Assembly (NCBI GenBank): GCA_030390025.1
Contig: CM059432.1
Location: 146,756,001-146,820,000 of the forward strand
Origin: Squalus acanthias
Taxonomy: Eukaryota
Direction of reading: 5' to 3'
DNA: 64,000 nucleotides
The notes under the pieces were generated by a model. The model did no database searches, had not been told where the DNA came from, and saw only the letters and a program-made list of their open reading frames with translations. Position 1 is the stretch's first letter; the number at the start of each line of letters is the position of its first letter. Positions 1 to 13,346 of the stretch are shown piece after piece. The position numbers and the translations under genes were made by a program.

Positions 1-1895
1 ATACCATTTGCCTTCTTCACCGCCTGCTGCACCTGCATGCTTACCTTCAGCGACTGGTGCACCAGGACACCCAGGTCTCATTGCACTTCCCCTTCTCCCA
101 ATCTATTGCCATTCAGATAATAGTCTGCCTTTCTGTTTTTGACACCAAAGTGGATAACCTCGCATTTATCCACGTTATATTGCATCTGCCACGCTTCTGC
201 CCACTCACCCAACCTGTCCAAATCATCCTGGAGTTTCTCGGTATCCTCCTCACAGCACACACTCCCACCCAGCTTTGTGTCATCTGCAAACTTAGAGATA
301 TTACATTTAGTTCCCTTATCTAGATCATTAATGTATATTGTGAATAGCTGGGGTCCAAGGACCGATCCCTGTGGTACCCCACTAGTCACTGCTTGCCACT
401 CGGAAAAAGACCCATTAATTCCTACTCTCTGCTTTCTGTCCGCCAACCAGTTCTCTATCCAAGTCAATACCTTTCCCCCAATCCCATGTGCCTTAACTTT
501 ACACGATAATCTCTTATGCGGGACCTTATCGAAAGCCTTTTGAAAGTCCAAATACACCACATCTACTGGTTCTCCCTTATCTATTTTCCCAGTTACATCC
601 TCAAAAAATTCCAGTAGATTAGTCAAGCACGATTTACCTTTTGTAAATCCATGTTGGCTTTGTCCGATCCTGTCACTGTTTTTCAAGTGCTCAGCTATTA
701 CATCCTGTATAATGGACTCTAGCATTTTCCCCACTACCGATGTCAGGCTTACCAGTCTGTAATTCCCCGCTTTCTCTCTACTACCCTTTTTGAATAGTGG
801 GGTAACATTAGCTACCCTCCAATCCATGGGTACAGTTCCAGATTCCATCGAATGTTGGAAGATGATCAGCAATGCATCTACTATTTCTAGGGCCACTTCC
901 TTAAGTACCCTAGGATGTAGATTATCAGGCCCTGGGGATTTATCAGCCTTCAATCCCGTCAATTTCCCTAACACCATTTCCCTGCAAATACTGATTTCTT
1001 TCAGTTCCTCCCTTTCATCAGACCGTATGTTCTCCAACATCTCTGGGAGGTTATTTGTGTCCTCCTTTGTGAAGACAGAACCAAAATATGCATTTAATTG
1101 GGCTGCCATTTCTTTGTTCCCCATTATAACTTCCCTCGTTTCTGACTGCAAGGGACCTACACTTGATTTCACTAATCTTTTTCTCTTCACATATCTATAA
1201 AAGCTCTTACAGTCAGTTTTTATGTTCCCTGAAAGCTTACTTTCATATTCTATTTTCCCCTTCTTAATTAATCCCTTTGTCCTCCTTTGTTGAATCCTAA
1301 ACTGCTCCCAATCCTCGGGGTTACCGCTTTTTCTGGCCAATTTATATGCCCTCTCCTTGGATCTTATGCTATCCCTAATTTCCCTTGTTAGCCATGGTTG
1401 AGTCACCCTTTTGTTTTATTCTTATGCCACACTGGGATGAACAAATTCTGTAGTTCATCCATGCAGTCTTTGAATGTTTGCCATTGCCTATCCACCGTCA
1501 ACCCTTTGAGTGACATTCCCCAATCAATCCTACCCAATTCACGCCTCATACCATCGTAGTTTCCTTTATTTAAATTCAGGACCCTAGTCTCTGATTCAAC
1601 TACTTCACTCTCCATCCTAATGAAGAATTATAACATATTATGATCACTCTGACCCAAGGGGCCTCGTACAACAAGATTGCTAATTAATCCTTTCTCGTTA
1701 CATAATACCCAGTCTAAGATGGCCTGATCTCTGGTTGGTTCCTCAACATATTGTTCCAGAAAACCATCCCATAAACATTCTAGGAATTCCTTCTCCACAG
1801 TATTTTTACTAATTTGGTTAGCCCAATCTATATGTAAATTAAAGTCACCCATGATGACTGCTGTGCCTTTACTGCATGCTTCTCTAATTTCCCTT
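1..1895 (-). mobile_element. CR1 LINE ORF2 fragment (endonuclease end + RT), frameshifted, runs off the window edge
   Basis: ORFs 78-1406, 1403-1615 and 1628-1972 carry MGDFN, GPLGQSDHN, KSPGPD, YLDFQKAFDKVPH, GVPQGSVLGP and KFADD motifs. Confidence 0.95.
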
Positions 1896-2302
1896 ATAGT
1901 TATTACAAATTTATTGTATTTCCCACAATTATATTTTCCGCTTCCTTGAACATTCCTCCCATGTGTACACAACAGAAGCAGATAATTTTTTTAAAAATCC
2001 AAAAATGCTATTTTCTTACATAAGAATGGTTACTGCAGTTCAAAGTAATTCACTGTCTAAAAATTCTGCATAGAGAAAGGGCTCACTGGGTTGAATATAG
2101 GAGCATGCTGAAACAAGTTAAAAGGATGATCATAGGAACTAAATGAGATCTAGAAAAAAAATCACAGCTGTAGAAGCAAAATATAACAGCAAAAATATCT
2201 CAGTGCTACAATAGTAAGAGTACTGTCAGAGAAGAGGTGAGAACATTAAAAGATACAATTGGGCTTGAAACTGATGAAGAGCACATGGTAGTAAATATAA
2301 AA

Positions 2303-2716
2303 CGAGACTCACAAAACAAGCGATCTACTCGGAGCTCTGACACAGCAAGAGAGCCCCAGGTGGGCCGAGGAAACGCTTCAAGGACACCCTCAAAGCCTCC
2401 TTGAAAAAGTGCAACATCCCCACCGACACCTGGGAATCCCTGGCCCAAGACCACACAAAGTGGAGGAGAAGCATCCGGGAAGGCGCCGAACACCTCGAGT
2501 CTCTTCGCCGGGAGCAAGCGGAAGCCAAGCGCAAACAGCGGAAGGAGTGCACGTCAACTCAAGCACTCCACCCACCCACCTCTTCAACCACCGTCTGCCC
2601 CCACCTGTGACAGAGACTGTAGGTCCCGCATTGGACTCATCAGTCACCTGCAAACTCATTTTTACTGTGGAAGCAAATCATCCTCGGTTCCGAGGGACTG
2701 CCTAAGAAGAAGAAGA
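2303..2716 (+). mobile_element. RTE-clade LINE 3' end
   Basis: RKRFKDTLKASLKKCNIPTDTWESLAQD..KWRRSI followed by a Cys/His C-terminal motif and an (AAG)n tail. Confidence 0.85.
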
Positions 2717-3804
2717 GGATGGCGGAACAGGCTCGAGAGGTTGAATGACCTACCCCTGTTCCAATGGTCTCCGGGAACTCTATACACAGACTTCTGTTAA
2801 TTGTGTAGATACTAGAATCAAGTTATCCTTCTGCAATAACACCACGAAAACAAATCATATCTTTAACCATATATTTATGTTTGTACTCCCACTAAATCCC
2901 AAGAGTAAGACTCGGAACAATAATTACACAGAAATGCGATTCTCGAGTAATTCCTCCTCTGTCACTGATTGCAGTCAAACGTATGGCTGTTTTGCTAAAA
3001 TGCAAAGGCTGATTAATCTTGGACTGGCAGGGCATGCTTGAATGACATTATTCCAACTGAGTTACATAACCAATCGTCCTTGCACGGGCTGGGATTATCT
3101 GTTACTTTTAGATGCAATTTGTTGTCATTAAATATAAAAACCACTTAGAAGATTGAAAGGGAATTTATTTGGAAAAATGTTACAAGGTTTTAAGTGAGAG
3201 CATGGTTCTTGGCAGCTCAGCACAGGGAAATTCTGAATACAGCTCCATAAAGTGGTGACATTTTTCTACTTTCTCAGCTGAAAGGATGCATTTTGGTTTG
3301 GTTTGCAGTTTGGCTCTCTCGTGAAATGAAACTGTTGCTTGTTAGAAGTCACCGGGAGTTTGTCAGTAATGTATTAACATTATCTGATTGCCATTATATT
3401 CATAGTAATGCCAAATCCAATGTCGAATAAATCATGAGACAAACTCTTAAAAATCATGAGTTGCTATTTTGTGGTTTATAAACCTCATTAGTGGCTTTAT
3501 TTAATCTCTAGCTCTTTAGAAAAACTATATTACAGCATCTGAAAATACTTTACAAAAAGCTTTTTAAAAATCCTACCCGTTATCACCACCTTAACCTGGT
3601 GCCCAACACAACCACCATACATTGCGATCCCTGCAGCTGCCAACCAAAGGTAAGTTTTGGGGAGAGAAAATCAAAAACACCTTCCCATGGAGACAGGAGT
3701 CGCGATCACCCCCAGTGAACATTGATGTGATTGGTGATGTGAAAACTTGTATCTTTCCTTCATCTGAATGGTAACCCTACAGGTTCAGCAACACGCCTGT
3801 TGAA

Positions 3805-6610
3805 TACAGCAATGCACACAGTGTCCGTAATAAAACCGGGGAGCTGGAGGCAATCATGCGTTGCGAGGAACCAGACATAGAAGGGATTACTGAGACATGG
3901 CTACAGAAAAATCAGGACTGGGAATTAAACATTGCAGGGTATAACATATTTAGAAAAGATACAGAGGGAAAAAGGGGAGGTGGAGTAGCTGTACGTATTA
4001 GGGATAACATAATGGCAGTAGAAAATTAGTGACACAGCTATCAGCAAAACAGAAATAGAATCCATGTGGCTAGAGATAAAAGATAATAAAGGATCAATCA
4101 CACTAATCGGGGTAGTCTACAGACCACCTAATAGTAGAAGGGAGGTGGAGGAAGAAATATGCAAACAAATTAAGGAAATGAGAAAAATACATTAATTGGG
4201 CAGAAGAGGTAGGTAAAGGGGATAAGGGAATGGAGTTCCTACAATATGTACAGGACTCCTTTCTAACCCAATATGTAAAAAGCCCAATAAGGGAGGATTC
4301 GCTATTGGACCTAGTAATGGGGAATGAACCAGAGCAGATAAGAGAAGTAAAAGTAGGGGAACATCTAGGCAATAGTGACCATAATATGATGCGTTTTAAG
4401 ATAATAATTGAGAAAGACATAAGTTTGACAAAGACCAGGATAATATATTGGAGAAAAGCTGATTTTGAGGGGCTGAGAATAGAACTTGGGAAAATAAAAT
4501 GGGCAACAATATTGGCAAACCATGACGTAGAACAGCAATAAGAATAATTTAAAATGGTGTTCAACAGGGTACAGGAAAAATATATTCTGCTAAAAAACAA
4601 GAACAAGCTAAACACTAATGAGACTCCATGGATGAATAAAGCCATAAGGGAAAACTTGAGAGTAAGGAAAGAGGCATACATTAATTACATGGGCAGCAGG
4701 GGAGAGCATGACAAGAGAGAATAGGAGAGAAGTCAAAAAAACAATTAGGAAGGCAAAGAGGAACTATGAAATTAAATTATTAAGGAACATAAAACAAAAT
4801 AGTAAAATATTTTAGTCACGTAAATAAAAAAAGGAAGGTCGGGATGGGAATAGGGCCACTAAGGGATGGACAGGATAATACCACAGGCAATGATAGAGAG
4901 ATGGCAGAGATATTAAATAATTACTTTGCTTCAGCATTTACCAGGGAAATAGAACAGGTGGAGATGACATCGGATGATGAGACTAGTAATGAGATAACTG
5001 CATTTAAAATAAAACGAGGAGATATATTAAATAAACTGTTGAAACTCAAAGAGGATAAAACCCCATGTCTGGACGGATTACATCCGCGCATTTTAAAAGA
5101 ATCTAGGGAAGAGATAGCAGAGGCATTACTACACATATTTAGTAATTCGTTAGAAAAAAGTGTAGTGCCAGAGGACTGGTGGCTAGTTAACATAATACCT
5201 ATATTTAAGAAGGGTGATAAAACAAGTCCAGGGAACTATAGACCAGTCAGCTTAACATCGGTAGTAGGAAAAATAATGGAATCCCTACTAAAGGAGAAAA
5301 TGGAAGAACATCTAGAAACCAAAAGTATAATAATAAATAGTCAGCATAGATTTCAAAAGGGAAAGTCTTGCTTGACAAGCCTAATTGAATTTTTTGAAGA
5401 GGTAACAGAGAGAGTAGACAAGGGTAATGTAGTAGATGTAATTGATCTAGATTTTCAAAAGGCCTTTGATAAGGTACCACATAATAGACTAATGAATAAG
5501 GTCAGGGAATGCGGAGTCAGGGGAAAAGTAGCAGAATGGATAGCTAGCTGGCATCAAGACAGAAAGCAGAGAGTCGGGGTAAAGGATAGCTATTCAGAGT
5601 GGCAGAAGGTGGGCAGTGGTGGGACCAATGTTGTTCACAATATATATTAATGATCTAGACTTTGGAATCAAAAACACAATTTCTAAATTTGCAGACAACA
5701 CCAAATTGGGGGGGATAATCAATACTGAGGAGGACTGTAACAAATTACAAGAAGACATTAATAAACTTGCAGAATGGGCATATAATTGGCAAATGAAATT
5801 CAACACAGATAACTGGGAGGTATTACATTTTGGTAAGAAAAATAGGGAGGTCACATATTACTTGGAAAGTAAGAATCTAAATGGGATAGAGGAGCAAAGG
5901 TTCTCGGAGTACAAATACACAAATCACTAAAAGTATCAACACAGGCTAACAAAGCCATTAAAAAAGCAAACCAAACACTAGGGCTTATTTCTGGAGGGAT
6001 AGAATTGAAAAGTAGTGAAGTTATGCTGAACTTGTATTGAACCTTGGTTAGACCACACTTGGAGTACTGCGTACAGTTCTGGTCGCTATATTATAAAAAG
6101 GATATAGAGGCACTGGAGAGGGTGCAGAGAAGATTTACAAGGATGATACCAGAAATGCAAGGGTATACCCATCAGGAAAAGATGAACAGGCTGGGTCTCT
6201 TTTCCCTTGAAAAGAGAAGGCTGAGGGGTGACCTAATAGAGGTCTCTAAAATCATGAAAGGTTTTGAGAGAGTCGATACAGAGAGAGTGTTTCCACTTGT
6301 GGGGAAGAGCAAAACTAGAGACCATCAATATAAAATAGTCACCATGAAATCAAATAGGGAATTCAGAAGAACATTTTTTAACCAGAGTGGTGAGAATGTG
6401 GAACTCGCTACCACAGGGAGTGGTTGAAGCGAATAGTATAGATGCATTTAAGGGCAGTTAGACAAGGGAGAAGGGAATAGAGGGTTATGCTGATAGAGTT
6501 AGATGAGGAAAGACGGGAGGAGGCTCGAGTGGAGCATAAACACCGGCATGGACTGGTTGAGCTGAATGGCCTGTTTCTGTGCCGTATATCCGATGTAATC
6601 CCATGTAATT
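3805..6610 (+). mobile_element. CR1 LINE, nearly whole ORF2 plus 3' UTR, decayed
   Basis: Starts with endonuclease NAHSVRNK..PDIEGITETW; HLGNSDHN; RT in ORFs 4844-5650, 5616-5930, 6044-6427; many stops; short ATGTAAT tail repeat. Confidence 0.95.
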
Positions 6611-7144
6611 CACCACACGACACCTCCCTGCACTTCCTGGAGTGGGATTAGGCTCGGTGGCTCCTTTTGGGAAGACTGGCACCATTTCAGGTGTGACCCT
6701 CCACCGCCCGCCGACTCACTGCACAGCTGCTGAGTGTTTCAGGGTTTTTTTCCCTCCCGCTCTGCTGTTTACCAGCTTGTCTGCACAGACCCCAGTTTGA
6801 GAACCACTGGATTAATCTTCCATTATCCAAATACATGGGAGGGCTGCTGTCATATTCAATTCGTAAATTGCACTAACAAGAGTGTTCTGATTGACACTGG
6901 GCAACGCTACATTACCAGATATTGGCAGATAAAGTCACTTCAGTTAACTGGGCGTGTGGGCTCACCTACAGGAATGACTTTGTCACTGGACCTCCATCTC
7001 CCTGCCTGTCTCTCCCATCTCTCTATTTGTGCCTCCACCTCTTTCTTCCTGTCACTCTTCCCCAATCTCTCTCTCTCTCTACATCCACCTTCCTCCCATT
7101 CCTCTCTGTGTCCCATCTCCCTGTCACTCTCCACCATCTTTCCT

Positions 7145-7637
7145 GCCACACCCCCCCCACTCCCACCCGCACCCCCCCACCCAACCACCCCTCCCCCAAA
7201 TCCCCCCCCCACCCCCCCACCCCTCCCCCACCCACCCACCCCTCCCCTCACCCCACCCCCACCCACCCCTCCCCTCACCCTACCCCCACCACCCCACCTG
7301 CACCCACCCACCCCTCCCCCCAAATCCCCACCCCCACCCCCCCACCCGCACCCACCCACCCCTCCCTCACCCCACCCCCACCACCCCACCTGCACCCACC
7401 CACCCCTCCCCCCAATCGCCCCCCACCCCCCCCACCCGCACCTACCTACCCCTCCCCCACCCACCCACCCACCCCTCCCCCACCCACCCACCCACCCCTC
7501 CCCCACCCACCCACCCCTCCCCTCACCCCTCCCCCACCCACCCCTCCCCTCACCCCACCCCCACCCACCCCTCCCCCCAACCCCCCCACCCCCACCCGCA
7601 CCCACCCACCCCTTCCCCACCCCCCCACTCCCACCCC
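7145..7637. repeat. C-rich (CCCA/CCCCT)n low-complexity tract
   Basis: About 490 bp almost entirely C runs separated by A or T; the Pro-rich and Gly-rich ORFs here are artefacts. Confidence 0.95.
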
Positions 7638-7750
7638 AGGAGTTGCTATTTTTTTCAAACATAAACCAATATAGATTGAGAGTTGGTTTATGAACCTCAT
7701 TAGTGGCTTTATTTAATCTCTAAATGGTCACAGCTCTTTACAAAAACTAT

Positions 7751-8124
7751 GGGCTGGATTTTGCCAGCCCTGGGGAGGCGGGTTTGGGGGCGGGACTGCC
7801 GGGAAAATGGCAGAAAGAGGTTTGAGGAGGTCATGAATTGAAGAACTCATCAAACTACAGAGAATGTCAGTGTTTGACAGCTTCACAGAGCTGTCAAACG
7901 ATGACAATTCATCTGTCAAAAATTTTCGACAGATGAAACGTCATAGGTTGACGTTCTCTGTAACCGGCTTCTCCTTAATTGGCCTGCTGAGCCCACTGGG
8001 CGGGCTTAACAAGGTCAATCAAGGGAAAGTAGTGTGGGTTGGCCAGAAGTCGATGGAGGCGGGACTGAAACCCGACAAGTGGGAGTCCCGCCTCCAACGC
8101 GCCCCCATTGGCAAAATCACCCCC
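7751..8124. mobile_element. PIF/Harbinger-type MITE
   Basis: Imperfect TIRs GGGCTGGATTTTGCC / GGCAAAATCACCCCC, 3-bp TSD TAT, interior similar to ends of the 13346, 30402 and 34725 elements. Confidence 0.75.
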
Positions 8125-8127
8125 TAT

Positions 8128-8497
8128 ATCACCTCTCATTCTTCTAAATTCCAATGAGTGTAGGCGCAGCCTGCTCAACCTTTCCTCATAAGTCAACCCC
8201 CTCATCTCTGGAATTAACCTAGTGAATCGTCTCTGAACTGCCTCCAATGCAAGTATATCCTTCCTTAAATAAGGAGACCAAAACTGTACGCAGTACTCCA
8301 GGTGGTCTCACCAATACCCTGTACAGTTGTAGCAGGACTTCCCTGCTTTTATACTCCAGCCCCCTTGCAATAAAGGACAACATTCCATTTGCATTTTTGA
8401 TTACTTGCTGTACCTGCACGCTAACGTTTTATGTTTCATGCACAAGGACCCCCAGGTCCCTCTGAACTGTAGCATATTGTAATCTCTCTCCATTTAC
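8128..8497 (-). mobile_element. CR1 RT C-terminal fragment
   Basis: QVQQVIKNANGMLSFIARGLEYKSREVLLQLYR and [14 protein letters not shown]. Confidence 0.9.
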
Positions 8498-9154
8498 AGT
8501 GTGTTCCCTGTGGTGGAAGTGGACATGTGCCATTACCTGGCACCACCTCCTTTGTAAAGAAAAGCCTCTGCCAGCACAGCTCCTGGGCATAGATGTGCCA
8601 GCTTATTCTGGTGTGCATTGTATCTGCAGCACTGCCTGGCCAACCTGACATCCCTCAGTTCTTCTCCTGTTCTTCCCAAACAGAGGGATTTCCAATGGGA
8701 AATGGAGCCACTCAGCAAATGGGAAAGGCAGATGTGAAAGTACTTGGCAACAGCAAAAAAATATACAAGCACGCCAAAATCAAATCAGAAATAAGACTTC
8801 TGCAAATTCTAGCAATCTCACTGCTGGCCTTCCATTCCTTCTCCAGCACTGAGCAACCCTGGGCACCACTTTTATGCAAATGAGAGCAGAAATTGATGGT
8901 TAATGAAGTGGAAATGATGGAAAATGCAATCCATCAGTACAGCCTCATTTGCATAAAGCTCGCCATAATTGGGGCAAATCCTAAAGTGGGTGGAGTTCAA
9001 TTGGAATGGAATTCTGGCCCAATATGTGCTTCGGGCCACTCTACTTACATGGCGGTGGACAGCCCTGAGTAGCAATTGCAGGATATTTCATATAAGCCCT
9101 TTACATTGAAGTTACTTAGCCCAGAGCTACTGCCTCCTTTAATGACTAAGATGA

Positions 9155-10225
9155 TGATTGGGTCATTTTCAAGTTGGCAAACTGTAACTAGTGGGATGCC
9201 GCAGGGATCAGTGCTGGGGCCTCAACTATTTACAATCTATATTAATGACTTGGATGAAGGGACTGAGCGTAATGTAGCCAAATTTGCTGATGATACAAAG
9301 ATAGGTGGGAAAGCAAATTGTGTGGAGGACGCAAAGAATCTCCAAAGGGATATAGATAGGCTAAGTGAGTGGGCAAAAATCTGGCAGATGGAGTTTAATG
9401 TGGGAAAATGCGAGATTATGCACTTTGGTAGGAAAGGTAAAAAAGCAAATTATTATTTAAATGGGGAGAGATTACAAAATGCTGAGGTACAGAGGGATCT
9501 GGGGGTCCTTGTACATGAATCACAAAAAGTTATCATGCAGGTACAGCAAGTAATTAGGAAGGCAAATGGAGTGATGACCTTTATTGCAAAGGGAATGGAG
9601 TATAAAAGTAGGGAAGTCCTGTTACAACTGTACAGGGCGTTGGTGAGACCACACCTGGAGTACTGCGTACAGTTCTGGTCTCCTTCTTTCAGGAAGGATA
9701 TACTTGCATTGGAGGCAGTTCAGAGAAGGTTCACGAGGTTGATTCCAGAGATGAAGGGGTTATATTATGAAGAAAGGTTGAGCAGGTTGGGCCTATACTC
9801 ATTGGAGTTTAGAAGAATGAGAGGGATCTTATTGAAACATGTAAGATTCTGAAGGGACTTGACGGTAGATGCAAAGAGGATGTTTCCCCTCGTGGGGGAA
9901 TCTAGAACTAGGGGGCATAATTTCAGAATAAGGGGGCACCCATTTAAATCGGAAATGAGGAGGAATTTCTTCTCTTAGAGGGTGGTGAATCTTTGGAATT
10001 CTCTTCCCCAGAGAGCTGTGGAGGTTGGGTCATTGAATATATTTAAGGTGGAGATAGACAGATTTTTGAACGATAAGGGAGTCAAGGGTTAAGGGGAGCG
10101 GGCAGGGAAGTGGAGTTGAGGCCAAGATCAGATCAGCCATGATCTTATTGAACGGCGGAGCAGGCTCAAGGGGCCAAATGACCTACTCCTGCTCCTACGT
10201 CTTATGTTCTTATGTTCTTATGTTA
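9155..10225 (+). mobile_element. CR1 LINE, 5'-truncated
   Basis: ORF 9076-9852 RT motifs (PQGSVLGP, FADD, RPHLEYC), CR1 3' UTR, (TTCTTATG)n tail. Confidence 0.95.
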
Positions 10226-10502
10226 TGACTGCTACTTTGTGAAATATTATGCAAAAAACATGGTTCCGTCTTATTTCATGGATCCCAAAAGCCATAATTC
10301 TTGTCTTGTAATTACTTCAGTGTGCTTTCATTTTGTTAAGTACTTTCACAATCAGTCGCATTGCTGATGCTGAATGTAAACGTCGGCTGAGGAAGTCTAA
10401 CTTGAAGAATCAATGATGCGGAGATGCCGGTGTTGGACTGGGGTGGACAAAAATGAGAAGTCGCACAACACCAGTTTATAGTCCAACAGCTTTATTTGAA
10501 AT

Positions 10503-10537
10503 TACGAGCTTTCGGAGCGCTGCTCCTTCGTCAGGTA
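10503..10537 (-). ncRNA. Minimal hammerhead ribozyme motif (antisense arm)
   Basis: Reverse complement TAC-CTGACGA-A-GGAGC(agc)GCTCC-GAAA-GCTC-GTA. Confidence 0.7.
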
Positions 10538-10556
10538 CAGTACCTGTTCCTCACTG

Positions 10557-10592
10557 TACCTGACGAAGGAGCAGCAGCTCCGAAAGCTCGTA
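10557..10592 (+). ncRNA. Minimal type I hammerhead ribozyme motif
   Basis: TAC-CTGACGA-A-GGAGC(agca)GCTCC-GAAA-GCTC-GTA: core, stem II, palindromic AGCT stem III, 3-bp stem I. Confidence 0.7.
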
Positions 10593-11689
10593 ATTTCAAA
10601 TAAAACTGTTGGACTATAACCTGGTGTTGTGCGACTTCTCATTTTTGAAGAATCAAGATTCCTAACCTAATATATCCGGGATCTACTGTTCAGTCTGTGG
10701 GCGCAATTGCCGAGTAAAAACTGGTCTCAAAGAAATCATTGCAAAAATTGAGATGATATTCTGGATGTCTTCTTCGATATCGAAGGACGATCGGGGACGA
10801 CAACTACATGATAACTAAAACCAAAAGAATTATGTCGTCCCATTTCCTCAGCACTTCTGATGGACACCGACCATAACTTCGGTGGGAGTCCAGTAGAATG
10901 ATTCGGTAAAAGTCCAAGATGCTGATACACTGGATCCTCACCTTATTTGGGAAATCCCAGTCAGCTTTGTAAGGGGCGGAGATTCCACTCACCCCTTACA
11001 AGACCAGCCATGTGAGAGAAGGTGGCAACTCCCTACACTGAGAGATCCCGCTTCACCGGCCCATAAGTGACCCCGTGCAAGATTGGAGGCCAATATACCC
11101 AGTGAGGTGAAGCATGCCGACCTCCCAAAGGGAGGGTGCTCCAAGCCAGGGAAGTAGCTACGATCTCTGAAAATAGATAATTTTTTGGCAGCATGGGACA
11201 GGCAGGCACCATCGGTTTGGGGTGGAGAGTGAACTTCCCGAATGCCTTTCCAACCACCCTTGCGGGCAGCACTGGAACACAGTGACAGGCGCAATCCTGC
11301 TTTACCTGCCAGTATCACGACCCATGGCTTTTCAGGGCCTGTAGGAATAATTTGCAAGCCAAGGCTTCTGACATGGAGCGTTGTTAGACTGGAGCGCAGG
11401 CTGGAGGTGGGACTGGAACACCAGCTGGCCGATTTAGTAAGCCATCCAGTGAGTAGATGTGGATTCTCGGAGGCTCCACATCGAGAGTGAAGCTATGTGC
11501 ACTTTGTCAGTCCTTCCTGTAATCCTTTTTATTACCATGCATTAGATGGCAGCGTAATTTTTCTAAATACATAATAAAATTACAATTAATTAGTACTTTT
11601 CTATAAGAGACAGATGGAGTTTTGGGAAGGGAGTTAACAAAAGCAACTTTTGTCAGTCACAGTATGGTGACTATCCTTTGAAATGAATA

Positions 11690-13346
11690 GAAAACCCACT
11701 GTCAACCCGCATCCACACGAGTCTCCCAGGTGTCGGGTCAGTCAGCGGAGAACTGACCCGACACCAAGTGGCGGGGGAGACTATTTAGATCATTAAACGG
11801 CTTATTAAGAGCCAATTTACTGGTATTTTGAGGCTTCCTTCCAATTTTACGTTCTCCCCCATGAGTTACCCGCTGCTCGGGGAACACACCAGCTCACCCT
11901 GGCGTTAGTTGAGTCTGCTCTGATGTATCTGATAAGCTAACAGCTGCAGAAGTGGTGTAAAGGATGCCATGTTGCATATGGTCAGTTTCAGAGTGCAGAA
12001 ACTGTTGGTTACTGCATTTGTAAGACATATAGAAATTTCTTTAGCTTGTAAGTGTTTAGAGCCAACTGTATGTCCAGTGCCATCTCATTGGGAGAACCTT
12101 TCTCACCAGTGACATATCGCTTCTGTCATCTCACTTGCAGCTGACATCTATTGCAGCAACATCGGTGCCCTAGAACTATCTCACCTTGGTCCTCTGAATC
12201 CTTCCACGATCAGCCCCAACACCAACATCACCAGGCACACCAGTAGCACCAACAACAACACCAACCTTCTCTGCCATCACCTGATGCTGCACTGGACACA
12301 GGGCATCAGCCCCTGACAACATTGCTGCCTGGGAGGCCAGCAATGGCTTCACCATGGCCAGATTTACTTCACTTGACGCTGTAAACCCTGGCTGCCACAT
12401 GGTGTGCCAGGTTGACACCATCCCACACCAACACCATAAAGCATTCCTTTAATGTTCAAGCCATTCCATGCACACTCATCACTATAGCAGGGGCGGGGGG
12501 GGGAGGCGGGGGTGGGAAGTTATGTCTCAACATTCACTGGAACTCCGTAAGACACTTCTCAAGGTGCGCACAGATCTGTCCAATAAGGGGCAGTGTTGGA
12601 AAAATAGATTTCACTGTATGACAACACATTACCAGAAACTTCACATGGACATTGGCTAAACCTCTCAAGTGTCTACCCTTGTATGTTGTTAGTTGGTATG
12701 ATTGGACTAGGATAAGGGTGAGAGTGAGGGGTGGCTAGTGAGATGGGGAAGTGATAAAGTAGATAGAGAGGGTTGGGTGGAGATGCAAGGTAAGTTGGTG
12801 TGAGTAAGGAAGGGTATGGAAGGCAGAGTGATGGGGATGTGTTGAGTGGCACAGCAGGGTGAGTTTGAATGTGGCTTTGCAGTAACGATTTGTGATCCAC
12901 TGAGATCATTGAAAGGTTGGCGCCACTGCAGCCAGGGACCTCTGATGACATCTCTACTTTTGCCCTCCTGTGCAATGTGCAACCAGGCTGTGTTGGTGCC
13001 CTGGGGAGGTCTCTTCCACCCTTGGAAGGGAAGGGAACCTCCCTGCGTGCTGTGACTCCCTCAATAAGCGTTCACTTTTGTGCAGTGAGTGTCGGTGTTT
13101 GAAGCACCTCAATACTGTCAAACACTGACAGAACAACTGTCAAACTCAATGTGGCCATGGTCCCTTTAAGGAAACCGGCTGATGATGCGTCATCAAATGA
13201 CGTCTTCAGACCCGCTTCCTGTTAATTGGCGGGCTTAACAAGGCCAATCGAGGGCAAATCCATTTGACAGGGCGGCTGCAGCGGGACTGGAACCCGGCAA
13301 CCAGCTATCCTGCCACCATCCCGACACCGCTGAGAAAATCCAGCCC
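11690..13346 (-). mobile_element. Decayed non-autonomous Harbinger derivative (left end uncertain)
   Basis: Right TIR AAAATCCAGCCC; Myb-like remnant WLQWRQPFNDL at about 12900-12935; reverse complement of the element at 34725-36460. Confidence 0.7.

Larger units (their letters stand above)
10414..10644. mobile_element. Penelope-like non-autonomous palindromic mini-element
   Basis: About 93-bp inverted arms 10449-10541 / 10553-10646; 12-bp TSD TTGAAGAATCAA (10402-10413, 10645-10656); hammerhead core in each arm. Confidence 0.8.
10335..10805 (+). mobile_element. Old RTE LINE 3' end, interrupted by the palindromic insert at 10414-10644
   Basis: After removing the insert it reads RIADAECKRRLRKSNLKNQDS*PNISGIYCSVCGRNCRVKTGL, similar to the RTE C-terminus at 2490-2660; GACGAC-like tail. 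Confidence 0.6.

Noticed and set aside
6734..7700. Pro-rich and Gly-rich ORFs resembling extensin or formin
   Set aside because: They are translations of the C-rich tract and have no domain.
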